Below, one piece after another: positions 28,941 to 38,944 of a DNA stretch of 64,000 nt. Position 1 is the stretch's first letter. Each line of letters starts with the position of its first letter. The position numbers and the translations under genes are program-made. The DNA is from Candidatus Cloacimonadales bacterium (GTDB taxonomy: Bacteria > Cloacimonadota > Cloacimonadia > Cloacimonadales > JAFGVF01), in NCBI GenBank assembly GCA_963667035.1, contig OY762964.1:1888001-1952000 (forward strand), given 5' to 3'. The notes below the pieces were generated by a model. That model was not told the origin of the DNA, made no database searches, and saw nothing but the letters and a program-made list of their open reading frames with translations.

Positions 28941-30290
28941 ATGGAAGAAAACAAAGTACGATTAAATCCACCTAAGATAGAAATACCTGCAGGAAATCCT
29001 TATATCAATGATGTATTTGGTAATAGGAAACAATTCGGAGATTCCTTAATCAACTTAATAAAACGCGTTGAAGACAATCTTGTAATATGTCTTGATGCCC
29101 AGTGGGGAGATGGGAAGACTACTTTCCTTAAAATGTGGGAACAAGGTTTGGAGGATAAAGGATACCATTATATCCACTACGATGCATTTAAGCATGATTA
29201 CACTGAAGATCCATTTTTTACAATCTGTGCAGAGATTTACAACTTACCAATTCTTGACACAAAGAATGAAAATTTCAAGAGAAAAGCAATCAATGTAGGA
29301 AAAAAGATTCTTACAACTAGTCTCAAAATTGCAGTGAAAGCAGGAACTATCGGCATTCTTGATGGGAAAGTTATTGATGAAATTGGTCAAGATGTTAGCC
29401 AAAGTGTTAGTGATATAGCAGGCTCAACCCTTGAAGAGTACTTCGAAGATTATAACAAAGAGCAAAAAGCTATTAATGACTTTAGAAGCAATCTTGAGTC
29501 GATTACTGATATGATTAGAAATGATTCAAGCATTGATTTTCCCCTAGTTGTCATAGTTGATGAACTAGATAGGTGTAGACCAGATTTTGCATTAAAAGTA
29601 TTAGAAAGAATAAAACATTATTTCGATATTTCTAACCTTGTCTTTGTTATTGCAACAAATACAAAGCAACTTGAGACAATTATCAAATCAAACTATGGAA
29701 ATGATATTGATGCTTCTAACTATCTTCAAAAATTCTTTACATTGAAGCTAGTTTTCCCAAAAAATCATAAAAGAACAATTTATGATGCTGATGACTACAC
29801 TAATTATGCTCAATATATGCGGGATTACCATCAGCTTAATTACCCAATCAACGAGTATCCTTTCAAACTTGTTGCAGGTTATTCAAGATATTATGGTTTC
29901 TCTTTAAGAAACATGGAAAACATTTTCAAAAAACTGCAATTATATAACCTTATGCATGTACATGGGTTTACAGATCCTGTAATAGTTGTTATGTTATCAA
30001 TTATTGAATTCGTAGATTACAAACTTTTGGAGGAATTGTCTAAAAATATTGTTTCATACAATGAAATAGTCAGTAAGCTTGATTTAGATAAAGGGAGAAT
30101 ATCCTTGATTGATGAACATACCCTTAAAGGTCTAGATGACCGATTGAAACTATATCTATTAAATGATTCTGAGTTAAATGATCCAGACTTCATTAGTGAA
30201 AAAATGAATCTTTTTGAAGTATATATGAATAGATTGGAAGTAATACCATTTATTTGTAAAGAATATATGACTATTAACAAACTAGTCTAA
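28941..30290 (+). CDS. KAP-family P-loop NTPase
   Basis: LDAQWGDGKTT Walker A; VVIVDELDRCRPDFAL..LERIKHYF Walker B region; YLQKFF. Confidence 0.9.
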   Translation: MEENKVRLNPPKIEIPAGNPYINDVFGNRKQFGDSLINLIKRVEDNLVICLDAQWGDGKTTFLKMWEQGLEDKGYHYIHYDAFKHDYTEDPFFTICAEIYNLPILDTKNENFKRKAINVGKKILTTSLKIAVKAGTIGILDGKVIDEIGQDVSQSVSDIAGSTLEEYFEDYNKEQKAINDFRSNLESITDMIRNDSSIDFPLVVIVDELDRCRPDFALKVLERIKHYFDISNLVFVIATNTKQLETIIKSNYGNDIDASNYLQKFFTLKLVFPKNHKRTIYDADDYTNYAQYMRDYHQLNYPINEYPFKLVAGYSRYYGFSLRNMENIFKKLQLYNLMHVHGFTDPVIVVMLSIIEFVDYKLLEELSKNIVSYNEIVSKLDLDKGRISLIDEHTLKGLDDRLKLYLLNDSELNDPDFISEKMNLFEVYMNRLEVIPFICKEYMTINKLV

Positions 30291-30404
30291 GACACTAATG
30301 TAGCATAGTCCTTTGTGATCGATTTTTCACTTTGACAAATTTTGTGTTTATTGCAATAGGTATAACAAATATACAATAAAAGGCTAAACTAGATTGGAGG
30401 TAAA

Positions 30405-30587
30405 ATGAGTTTCTTTTGGTAGATATTAGTTTTCTTTACTATAGCTGTTATAGTAGAAATTGTTTCGATAATAAATACGAATAAAAGAAGGAATAATGTT
30501 GAAACAAAACTTAATAGTCTTCCAAATTTCTTAGTATCTCAGAAAATAATTGCAAATGATGTATTGAATGGATTAGCTATAGCAAGA
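30405..30587 (+). pseudogene. Remnant of a small membrane-anchored protein gene, truncated at the REP-like repeat
   Basis: GGAGG RBS, then ATG 30405: MSFFW*ILVFFTIAVIVEIVSII...NGLAI. In-frame TAG at 30420-30422; frame runs into the repeat at 30588. Confidence 0.5.
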
Positions 30588-30702
30588 ATAATCCCTATGG
30601 GATTAAATGTGAGTAGCCATGTATGAAATGCATGGTATAAATCAAAGATATAATCTATTCAACCCCAACGGGGTTTAATCCATTTAATGGTAGGGAAACA
30701 AT
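30588..30702. repeat. Direct-repeat copy of the REP-like arm (matches 28714-28828)
   Basis: Shares exact 48-bp (ggattaaatgtg...atcaaag) and 37-bp (aatctattcaacccc...catttaat) blocks with 28714-28828. Confidence 0.9.
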
Positions 30703-31628
30703 TACCTACTCTTCACCATAATATAGACAAAGAATGGAGCTCCGAGGAATGATGTAATGATTCCAACCGGGAGTTCCATGACCGCAATGTGCATGGAAAG
30801 GAAATCGCAGAGAATCAGGAAAAGTGAACCTACTAATATACTTAGTGGATACACCTTCTTTTGGTCAGGACCGGCAAGCATCCTGACTATATGAGGGATT
30901 ATGAGCCCGATAAAGCCTATTATACCGGCAAAAGAAACTGTTATCCCTATCAGTAGTGACGTAATCACAAAAATCTGTAATCGAAGTCGTTTTACATTTA
31001 TACCAAGACTACCTGCTGACAAATCACCGGTACTGACAATATTCAACTTCAACGAAAGAAGATACAGATAAACAAGTAGTAATATGGAAACAATACCTAT
31101 AACAGTGAATGCCTGCCACTCGGCATTAGTAAAGACTCTTCCAAGATTACCCATAAGTACGTTAATTATGATTCCGATATCCTGTTGATTCAAATACATA
31201 AGCAATGATATACATGCAGAGAAGAACATACCTGCTATAATCCCTGATAATAAAAGCTTTGAGCTGTCTCTCCAACCACCTATATGAGCTATACTCCAGA
31301 CAATGATCATTGTCACTAAAGCTCCAGAGAATCCGGCAATCGGCATAAGCCAAATCATTCCAGATAGCCCTGCCAAAGTTGCAAAGAAAGCACTACCGGA
31401 TGATATACCCAGAATGTATGGTTCAGCTAGCGGATTATTGAGCATCATCTGATAGATTGAACCGCAGCCAGCAAGTACTGCTCCGACCAATAATCCAAGC
31501 AATAATCTAGGTAATCTGACTTGCATGATGATGAATTGGGAGTCCACTTTGAATGTCAGGAACAGATAGATAAGCACTGCACCCAGAACGGAAATAACAA
31601 GAGTAGAGATAAAGAGTTTATTCTTCAT
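30702..31628 (-). CDS. BtuC/FecCD-family ABC transporter permease
   Basis: VRLPR, NNPLAEPYILGISSG, GIIGFIGLIIPHIVR and ELPVGIIT...GAPFF motifs. Confidence 0.92.
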   Translation of the reverse strand: MKNKLFISTLVISVLGAVLIYLFLTFKVDSQFIIMQVRLPRLLLGLLVGAVLAGCGSIYQMMLNNPLAEPYILGISSGSAFFATLAGLSGMIWLMPIAGFSGALVTMIIVWSIAHIGGWRDSSKLLLSGIIAGMFFSACISLLMYLNQQDIGIIINVLMGNLGRVFTNAEWQAFTVIGIVSILLLVYLYLLSLKLNIVSTGDLSAGSLGINVKRLRLQIFVITSLLIGITVSFAGIIGFIGLIIPHIVRMLAGPDQKKVYPLSILVGSLFLILCDFLSMHIAVMELPVGIITSFLGAPFFVYIMVKSR

Positions 31629-32448
31629 ATTGAGTAAAGATGCTGTTCAGAGCTTTCAAACCAAGCACAAATCTTGGACCTGCTCTAAAGATGTAATCGG
31701 GATTAATTGATTCTTCACCGTATACTTTTCCTGATTTAACAGCTTTAATGTTCTGCCATCCTTTTCTGGCACGGAAATCATCTAAAGTAGTCTTTGAAAA
31801 TGATAGTATTATATCGGGATTAGCAGTAATCACTTTCTCGGGTTTTACGCGTGAGTAATCTCTCTCCAGTTCGGAAAAGATATTGTTACCACCTGCAAGT
31901 TCAATGAGTTCTCCGACAAAAGAATTGTCCGTAACGCTCATCAAAGGATTGTTCCAGATTTCAAGGTATACATCGGGACGCTTTTCTCTATTACTCTTAT
32001 AGTTGTTAACTTCCAGTTTCAAAGAATTAACAAGTACCTCAGCTTCCTTAACTCTACCAATTTCTTTACCTACTGCCTGAATAGCAGTATAAACTTCACT
32101 AACTGATTTAGGATAGATGCGAACAACCTTAATACCTAATTTTTCCAGATTATCTGCTAAATCCTGTTGTTCGAGCTGCGTTGTGAAAACTATCGAAGGA
32201 TTAAGTTTAATAATCTCTTCCATTTTAATCTCACCAAACTTACCAACACTTGGTTTATCTTTTAAAGATTCAGGCCAAGTGCATTCGTCAGTAACAGCTA
32301 TGATTTCGTCTACAGCTCCCAATTGAGCAATTATTTCGGCAACTTCGGGAGAGATAATAACTATACCTTTAGTAGTCTCCGCGGAGTTCTTAACAGAACA
32401 AGCTGAAAGAAAAAGTAATAATAAAATAAGTAAAATGCTATTCTTCAA
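31618..32448 (-). CDS. BtuF-like cobalamin/iron-chelate substrate-binding lipoprotein
   Basis: Lipobox LSAC; EEIIKLNP, ELAGGNNIF and RAGPRF motifs. Confidence 0.85.
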   Translation of the reverse strand: MKNSILLILLLLFLSACSVKNSAETTKGIVIISPEVAEIIAQLGAVDEIIAVTDECTWPESLKDKPSVGKFGEIKMEEIIKLNPSIVFTTQLEQQDLADNLEKLGIKVVRIYPKSVSEVYTAIQAVGKEIGRVKEAEVLVNSLKLEVNNYKSNREKRPDVYLEIWNNPLMSVTDNSFVGELIELAGGNNIFSELERDYSRVKPEKVITANPDIILSFSKTTLDDFRARKGWQNIKAVKSGKVYGEESINPDYIFRAGPRFVLGLKALNSIFTQYEE

Positions 32449-33277
32449 TTTCGTACTCCGTATTCATAAAGATTCTCCATTCACGACCCGGAAGGGGGAT
32501 AGTAAGCCATTGGGCATAATATCTGAATTCCATGTCATAGAGCTGGTCAAAAAGGTAATAAAAAGCATTACCGGACTCTTCAGTCTGTGCCTTTTTGATA
32601 AGTTCTACAAGCTGCTCTGCCCCATCAGCATTTAAAGTGTTGAGGTTGTTTCCACCCAGTTTACCTGTTCTATTATTAAAGATAAGAGTACCATCGGTTT
32701 CAAAGAGCAAAAGATTTATAGTATTAAGATCCGGTAGCCAACTGATAAAGTCAAGTAGTTTCGCTGTATCAATTAGGAGAGTTAAAACTCCTACATACTG
32801 GTTACCCGCATTGTAAACAGGCACAAGATATTCTTGTAGTAGGATTCCGTTGGGACCTTGAATGAGCGATGTAATATACGGTTTGTTATTATCTTTCACA
32901 TAAAGATACTTCTCTGATTTACTTAGATTCAAACCTTCAGGTTGCCTGAACTCTTTTGGTTCTACATATAGCATAGTACCATCAGGTGATATCAATCCGC
33001 AGGATAGAATGTAATCTCTTGCTTCAACACCGGCTAATAGATAGCTTCGCATCTTCTCTTCACTGATTCCAGGAGGGAGAAAGAAACGTGTTACTTTCTC
33101 TGCAGTCAGTGCTAAATCATCCATTCTACGCTTTGAGTTCACTTTCAAGGTGGAGAATGCTTGTCTTTCTTGCATTGAGAAAGGAATTTCTTCCTTTTTT
33201 TTACATCCGTTTGTAACTATTGAAGATAGGATAATTACTAATAGTAGGCCTGTCTGAAGTTTTGATACGATTTTCAT
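32438..33277 (-). CDS. Exported Cache-like domain lipoprotein (hypothetical)
   Basis: TNGC lipobox-like; PYITS...VPVYN...YVGVL and LFETDGTLIF resemble dCache. Start set at ATG 33277. Confidence 0.5.
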   Translation of the reverse strand: MKIVSKLQTGLLLVIILSSIVTNGCKKKEEIPFSMQERQAFSTLKVNSKRRMDDLALTAEKVTRFFLPPGISEEKMRSYLLAGVEARDYILSCGLISPDGTMLYVEPKEFRQPEGLNLSKSEKYLYVKDNNKPYITSLIQGPNGILLQEYLVPVYNAGNQYVGVLTLLIDTAKLLDFISWLPDLNTINLLLFETDGTLIFNNRTGKLGGNNLNTLNADGAEQLVELIKKAQTEESGNAFYYLFDQLYDMEFRYYAQWLTIPLPGREWRIFMNTEYEIEE

Positions 33278-33293
33278 ATTGCCTCTGAAAGGT

Positions 33294-33332
33294 GAAAAAG
33301 ACACCTCTCCCGCCGGAAGGGGTGCCTTTTTC
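33294..33332 (-). terminator. Terminator after rnfB
   Basis: gaaaaagacacctctcc-cgcc-ggaaggggtgcctttttc hairpin. Confidence 0.65.
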
Positions 33333-33348
33333 GCTTTATAACTTAGTC

Positions 33349-34335
33349 CTAAACCATCTCTATGGCTTTCTTAGGACACTTCTCATAACAGATTTCACAA
33401 CCGATACATTTGGACTGGTCAACTGTATGAACACCCTTTAGCTCACCGCTAATGGCATCAACAGGGCACTTCTTGGCACAGATTGTACATCCGATACATT
33501 TATCTTCAATAATCTTAGCCTTTTTACGTTTTCCCGCCATCTGATCTTCGATTGCCTTAGTCGGACATTTAGTTGCACATAGACCGCAATTGATGCACTT
33601 ATCATAGTCAATAACAGCTAAATTACCATCCATAGTAATTGCTTCAACAGGACATGCTCTGGCACAAAGTCCACAACCGATACAACCGCGAGTAGTTCCG
33701 CAATTGTTCTTAGCTGAAATACCTTTCTCCTTGTTTGAGCACTCTATCTTAACTTGTTGGTCAAACTTAACTATCTCAATAAGGTGTCTTGGACACGCTC
33801 TTACACATGCTCCACAAGCAGTACACTTATCAGGATCAATAGTTCTGTTGTTATTTTCATCAATAATGAAAGCATCAAACGGACAAGCTGCAACACAATC
33901 ATTATAGCCTACGCAACCATACGAGCACATGTTCGGACCGTTAGCTACCATAACAGCAGACTTACATGTAGGTACACCGTCATATTCAAACTTAATCTTT
34001 GTGTTGTCATTTCCACCGCAAGAGCAATGGATATAAGCTATTTTCTTAACCGATTCTCCGGCTTTCATTCCCATTATCTCTGCAATAGCTTGTGCTGTTG
34101 CAGCTCCACCGGGAGCACAAAGATTAATATCGACACCGTTTTCTACGATTGCTTCCGCATAACCACCACAACCCGGTTTACCACAGGCACCACAGTTAGC
34201 TCCCGGAAGAGCTTCAAGTATTTTCTCTACTCGAGGGTCAACCTCTACATGAAAAGCAACCGAGGCAATGGCAAGCCCTATTCCGTATAATAAACCAAGA
34301 GCTCCGACAATAATTACTGGTAATAATATAGTCAT
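33349..34335 (-). CDS. rnfB: Rnf complex subunit B (polyferredoxin)
   Basis: N-terminal TM helix; LPGANCGACGKPGC; multiple CxxCxxCxxxCP motifs. Confidence 0.92.
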   Translation of the reverse strand: MTILLPVIIVGALGLLYGIGLAIASVAFHVEVDPRVEKILEALPGANCGACGKPGCGGYAEAIVENGVDINLCAPGGAATAQAIAEIMGMKAGESVKKIAYIHCSCGGNDNTKIKFEYDGVPTCKSAVMVANGPNMCSYGCVGYNDCVAACPFDAFIIDENNNRTIDPDKCTACGACVRACPRHLIEIVKFDQQVKIECSNKEKGISAKNNCGTTRGCIGCGLCARACPVEAITMDGNLAVIDYDKCINCGLCATKCPTKAIEDQMAGKRKKAKIIEDKCIGCTICAKKCPVDAISGELKGVHTVDQSKCIGCEICYEKCPKKAIEMV

Positions 34336-34343
34336 GGTTCCTC

Positions 34344-34949
34344 CTACATCTTAAGCCCGGAGAAGCCGAGGAAGGCAAGAGCCATAGCACCTGCAACTAT
34401 CAGGGATATAGGCATACCTTTCATGCTCTTGGGTACGTTTGCGAATTCCAATCTTTCTCTGATTCCTGCCATCAGAACGAGTACTAAGGTAAAACCAACA
34501 CCTGAGAAGAAACCATTAAGGATAGCATCCAAGAAGTTATAAGATGCACCACTTGGCCACTTAGCCGTTGTGTTAAGAATTGCCACACCGAGAACTGCAC
34601 AGTTTGTTGTGATTAAAGGAAGGAACACACCAAGTGATTTGTAAAGCGACGGTGAGTTCTTCTGAATAACCATTTCCACAAACTGCACAAGCGTCGCAAT
34701 GGTCAGGATGAAAGCAATTGTTTGGAGGTATTGCAGTCCGTGAGGGACTAGCAGATATACCTGAATAAGATATGTAATCGCCGATGCCATGGTCATAACA
34801 AATATAACTGCCATACCCATACCAAAGGCTGAGTCTAGTTTCTTGGAAACACCGAGATAGGGGCACAGACCAAGGAAACGGGCAAGAACAAAGTTCTGAA
34901 CAAAGATAGCTCCAACAGCCATGACCATCATTCTAGCTAAAAATTCCAT
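34344..34949 (-). CDS. rnfA: Rnf complex subunit A
   Basis: [27 protein letters not shown]. Confidence 0.93.
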   Translation of the reverse strand: MEFLARMMVMAVGAIFVQNFVLARFLGLCPYLGVSKKLDSAFGMGMAVIFVMTMASAITYLIQVYLLVPHGLQYLQTIAFILTIATLVQFVEMVIQKNSPSLYKSLGVFLPLITTNCAVLGVAILNTTAKWPSGASYNFLDAILNGFFSGVGFTLVLVLMAGIRERLEFANVPKSMKGMPISLIVAGAMALAFLGFSGLKM

Positions 34950-34958
34950 CTGTATCTC

Positions 34959-35555
34959 CTACTTCTCTTTCTTTAACAAATTGATTAATGCCATCAGGAA
35001 ACCAACGGTAATGAAGGCCCCAGGAGCAAGAATAGCAACAAGCATTGGTGATTGGATATAAGCTTCGGGAAGAATAGGAATATCAAGAATCTTACCTGCA
35101 CCGAGAATCTCACGTATTGTGCCTATAATTACAAGTGCCAAAGTAAAACCAAGCCCCATTCCTACACCATCTAGTAATGATCTGAATACATTATTTTTAC
35201 TTGCAAAGGCTTCCGCTCTACCAAGAATCACACAGTTCACCACAATAAGCGGAATGAACAGACCGAGTGATTTATGTAAGGCAGGCAGGAAAGCACCCAT
35301 AGCCATATCAACAATTGTCACGAAAGTTGCAATAACAACGATGAACACGGGAATTCTGATTTTAGCAGGTGTAAAACCCTTAATCAGAGATACAATGATA
35401 TTGGAACAAATCAGCACAAATGTAGCTGAGAGCCCCATACCAAGAGCATTCATAACTGAGGAGGTTACAGCAAGAGTAGGACACATACCCAAAACAAGGA
35501 TAAATACCGGATTCTCTTTGATGAAACCGTTGGTTAATACTTTCATATTACTCAT
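34959..35555 (-). CDS. rnfE: Rnf complex subunit E
   Basis: ENPVF..LGMCPTLAV; IPLIVVNCVILGRAE. Confidence 0.93.
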   Translation of the reverse strand: MSNMKVLTNGFIKENPVFILVLGMCPTLAVTSSVMNALGMGLSATFVLICSNIIVSLIKGFTPAKIRIPVFIVVIATFVTIVDMAMGAFLPALHKSLGLFIPLIVVNCVILGRAEAFASKNNVFRSLLDGVGMGLGFTLALVIIGTIREILGAGKILDIPILPEAYIQSPMLVAILAPGAFITVGFLMALINLLKKEK

Positions 35556-36117
35556 TTGTTACCTCCGCATTAGAGATTTTGGCTTGAAGCTTAACAATAC
35601 CTTCATTGATGGAATTCGTAACCGTTCTGGTAGTTATTGTTGCTCCTGTAATAGAAACAACTTCTCCACCGTCTTTGTCTACTAACAACTTAGGAAGCTT
35701 CTTACCTGTAAATTTATCAGCAAATTCCGGTAATGATGCTTTAGCTCCAAGTCCCGGGGTTTCTGCTTGTTCGATAACTTTAATATTGTTAATTGAGAGG
35801 TCCTGTTTCAGACCAACAACTGTCTTCACATCACTGCTATATCCATACTTGGAAACAGTGATTACATATCCGACAGTCTTTCCAGTATCGTCTTTTGCTA
35901 CAAAGTATGCATCAGTATCGACATCAGAGCCATCAACAAGATACTGCTTTTCAAATACAGATGCTTCAGGCATAACTTCTTTACGAGCATTTTCAGCTTC
36001 AACTCTCTTAACTTCTGCTATCATTGGAGCTGTAACACTATTTAAATAAGCCAAAATACCCGTTGCAAGAGCACATACAGCCAGAAGAATTAATCCTAAT
36101 TTAAGATAGTACTTCAT
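35548..36117 (-). CDS. rnfG: Rnf complex subunit G
   Basis: ETPGLG and the FMN site ITGATIT; start set at ATG 36117 behind GGAGG. Confidence 0.92.
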   Translation of the reverse strand: MKYYLKLGLILLAVCALATGILAYLNSVTAPMIAEVKRVEAENARKEVMPEASVFEKQYLVDGSDVDTDAYFVAKDDTGKTVGYVITVSKYGYSSDVKTVVGLKQDLSINNIKVIEQAETPGLGAKASLPEFADKFTGKKLPKLLVDKDGGEVVSITGATITTRTVTNSINEGIVKLQAKISNAEVTNE

Positions 36118-37184
36118 TATTTCTTCCTCCCACCGAATGGTTTTGGAAGTGTCCATCTATCAATAAGAGGAACAGCCAAGTTCATAAGCAGAATTGAGTA
36201 TGATACACCTTCAGGATATCCGCCGACTAAACGAATAACAACTGTAAGAAGTCCACAACCGATACCAAAGTAAACTCGTCCAAGCTTTGTCATCGGGGAA
36301 GTCACATAATCGGTTGCCATGAAGAAAGCACCAAGTACCATACCACCGGCAAGAACATGGAATAAAGGTAAAAGGAGTGAAAAATGGCCTAAACCTTTGA
36401 TTCCGCCGAAAATGAAAGTGAGAATGAATACAGTCAGTATATAGCTGACAGGAATTCTCCATTCGATAATATTTTTATAAATTAGCCATGCTGCACCTAA
36501 GAGAAGTGCAAAAGCTGAAACTTCACCAATCACACCGCCGATATTACCCCAGAAGAGATGTTGGAGTGTAGATGAATCAAAGAGAGCGTTAAATATCTTT
36601 GCACCTTCTCCACTTCCAAGTCCTGCAACAAAGTCCGAGTCACGTAACATTTTAGCAACACCGAGAGGAGTTGAAGATGTTATAAGGGCTTCGGCTTTTG
36701 CACCAAGACCTTCGAGGCATGTGATACCGCTAAGGATTCCGCCTTTAGGTGCAACCCAACCTGAAGTTGTAAGAGTTGGCCATGAAGCAACAAGGAACGC
36801 TCTTGCGAGCAAAGCGGGATTAACAGGGTTATTACCCAATCCGCCGAAAACTTGTTTACCAATGGCAATCGCAAATATTGAACCAACAACCGGAAGCCAC
36901 CAAGGTGCACCCGCATGAAGGTTATATGTGAGAAGTATACCAGTGAGAACTGCCGAGCCATCCATAACGGTTACAGGTATCTTTCTCCATTTTTGAATCA
37001 GAAATTCTGTTGCTACTGCAGCTACAACACCGTAGACAGTAAGCATCAAGGCATTAATGCCGTAGAAATATACTGCTGCAATCAAAGCTGGAACAAGTGC
37101 AATAACAACTTGCCACATAACATTGGACACAGTTGACTTGTCGTGCAGATGAGGGGCAGCGGATACTTTAAATCTATTCTCCAT
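36117..37184 (-). CDS. rnfD: Rnf complex subunit D
   Basis: FGGLGNNPVNPAL, ITSSTPL FMN site, FFMATDYVTSP, GGYPEG. Confidence 0.93.
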   Translation of the reverse strand: MENRFKVSAAPHLHDKSTVSNVMWQVVIALVPALIAAVYFYGINALMLTVYGVVAAVATEFLIQKWRKIPVTVMDGSAVLTGILLTYNLHAGAPWWLPVVGSIFAIAIGKQVFGGLGNNPVNPALLARAFLVASWPTLTTSGWVAPKGGILSGITCLEGLGAKAEALITSSTPLGVAKMLRDSDFVAGLGSGEGAKIFNALFDSSTLQHLFWGNIGGVIGEVSAFALLLGAAWLIYKNIIEWRIPVSYILTVFILTFIFGGIKGLGHFSLLLPLFHVLAGGMVLGAFFMATDYVTSPMTKLGRVYFGIGCGLLTVVIRLVGGYPEGVSYSILLMNLAVPLIDRWTLPKPFGGRKK

Positions 37185-37196
37185 TTATCCTCCGGC

Positions 37197-38537
37197 CTAT
37201 TTCTTCTCTTGTCTTTCACGCATGATGCGTCCGACGTTAACTTTAGCTATGTCTATCCATTGCACCATTTTTATCTGGGCTGGGCATACATAGGCACATG
37301 TACCGCATTTCATACAATCCATAGCTCCGGCTTTCTCAGCCATATCCCAGGCTTCGTTCTTTGCTGCGTTTGCTATCATGCTCGGTATCAGATTATGAGG
37401 GCATACATCAACACAACGTCCGCAACGCAAACAAGTATGCTCCTGATTAAGTTTTGCTTTCTTCTTATCAAAGAAAAGTAAACCTGATGATCCTTTAGCC
37501 ATTGGAGCATTTAAATCCGGAATTGCAAATCCCATCATAGGACCGCCGGAAATTATCTTTCCAATCTCGGCTTTTGCTCCACCGCATTTATCAAACAACT
37601 CTTGGAAAGATGTTCCGATTCTACTTTGAAGATTCTTAGGATTGTTTACGATACTACCGGAGATGGTAATAATTCTATCAATACAAGGACGTTTATAGCG
37701 AATAGCTTCATAGATTGCAATAGCAGTTCCAACATTCTGAACAACAACACCAATATCCATCGGAAGTCCACCTTTGTTTGGAACCGCTCTCTTGGTTGCT
37801 GCATAGATAAGCTGCTTCTCCCCGCCTTGCGGATAACGAACTTTCAGGCCGACGACACTGAGATTTCTATACTGACTTACCGCTTTCTGCATAATCTTTA
37901 TTGCATCCGGTTTATTAGCTTCAATACCTATCATACCACGACCGGCACCCGTTATCTTCATAACAAGTTGTAATCCGGCAACAATATCATCAGGTCTTTC
38001 AAGCATAAGCCTGTAGTCAGCAGTAAGGAATGGTTCACATTCAACACCGTTTAGTATAACAGTATCAATCTTCTTATCAGGAGGAGGGCTAAGTTTCACA
38101 TGAGTTGGGAAACCTGCTCCACCCATTCCACATACACCTGCATTTTTTACTCTGTCCTTCATTTCATCGACAGATAAATCCATAAATTTCTCGTCGTTTG
38201 TAAGCTCTACCCAGTTGTCAGTTGATCCGTCACCGGTAATTTCAATAGCCATAGATGTAGTTCCACAAGGATGTGGGAACTCCGCGATCTTAGTTACCTT
38301 TCCGGTTATTGAAGCATGCTGAGCAATCGAGACAAATCCACCCGGTTCAGCAATCATTTGTCCCGTTTTAACTTCATCCCCCACTTTAACAACAGGCTTG
38401 GATGGTGCTCCAATATGCTGAGAAAGTGGTATTACCACTTTTGGGGGAAAATCCATCATCTCAATCGCAGCATCTTTCGAATACTCCTTATAATCATGAG
38501 GATGTACCCCGCTAGGGAATGTTTTTAGTTTCATCAC
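37197..38537 (-). CDS. rnfC: Rnf complex subunit C
   Basis: QHIGAP, GMGGAGFPTHVK, NGVECEPFLTAD, CLRCGRC..CP and CMKCGTC motifs. Confidence 0.94.
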   Translation of the reverse strand: MMKLKTFPSGVHPHDYKEYSKDAAIEMMDFPPKVVIPLSQHIGAPSKPVVKVGDEVKTGQMIAEPGGFVSIAQHASITGKVTKIAEFPHPCGTTSMAIEITGDGSTDNWVELTNDEKFMDLSVDEMKDRVKNAGVCGMGGAGFPTHVKLSPPPDKKIDTVILNGVECEPFLTADYRLMLERPDDIVAGLQLVMKITGAGRGMIGIEANKPDAIKIMQKAVSQYRNLSVVGLKVRYPQGGEKQLIYAATKRAVPNKGGLPMDIGVVVQNVGTAIAIYEAIRYKRPCIDRIITISGSIVNNPKNLQSRIGTSFQELFDKCGGAKAEIGKIISGGPMMGFAIPDLNAPMAKGSSGLLFFDKKKAKLNQEHTCLRCGRCVDVCPHNLIPSMIANAAKNEAWDMAEKAGAMDCMKCGTCAYVCPAQIKMVQWIDIAKVNVGRIMRERQEKK

Positions 38538-38759
38538 TACTCCCTTCTTTGCTTGTTTATGTGTATAGTTTTCCTATTTCCTATTTTGAACGTCATTATT
38601 AAGGCTAATTGATATAAATCAAGTAATTTTTGGTTTTTCTGTAGAATTGATTTTCTAGAGATAATCTATAAGCAGGTTTACCTTTAAACATCTGAGTTGT
38701 ATTCTGGTTCTATTTTTTTCTACGAGAATTATATTCCCTGTTCAGCCTGTGGTTTGCTA

Positions 38760-38870
38760 TCGCCCCTACAGGGTTCCAATATTTTTTAGTATTAAATACC
38801 CCATGCTGAAGCATGGGGCTATTGAACAGATGCTCCTTAATATCACAATCCTTTAGCCACGAAGTGGCGT
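38760..38870. repeat. Cluster of short REP-like hairpins
   Basis: cccctacaggg, ccccatgctgaagcatgggg and gccacgaagtggc; architecture similar to the 28613 element. Confidence 0.5.
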
Positions 38871-38944
38871 AAGTGGACTAAGGATAAAATACCAATCATA
38901 ATTAATCCGTATTTTGTTAAACCGTTTTATACTTAACACTAAAC

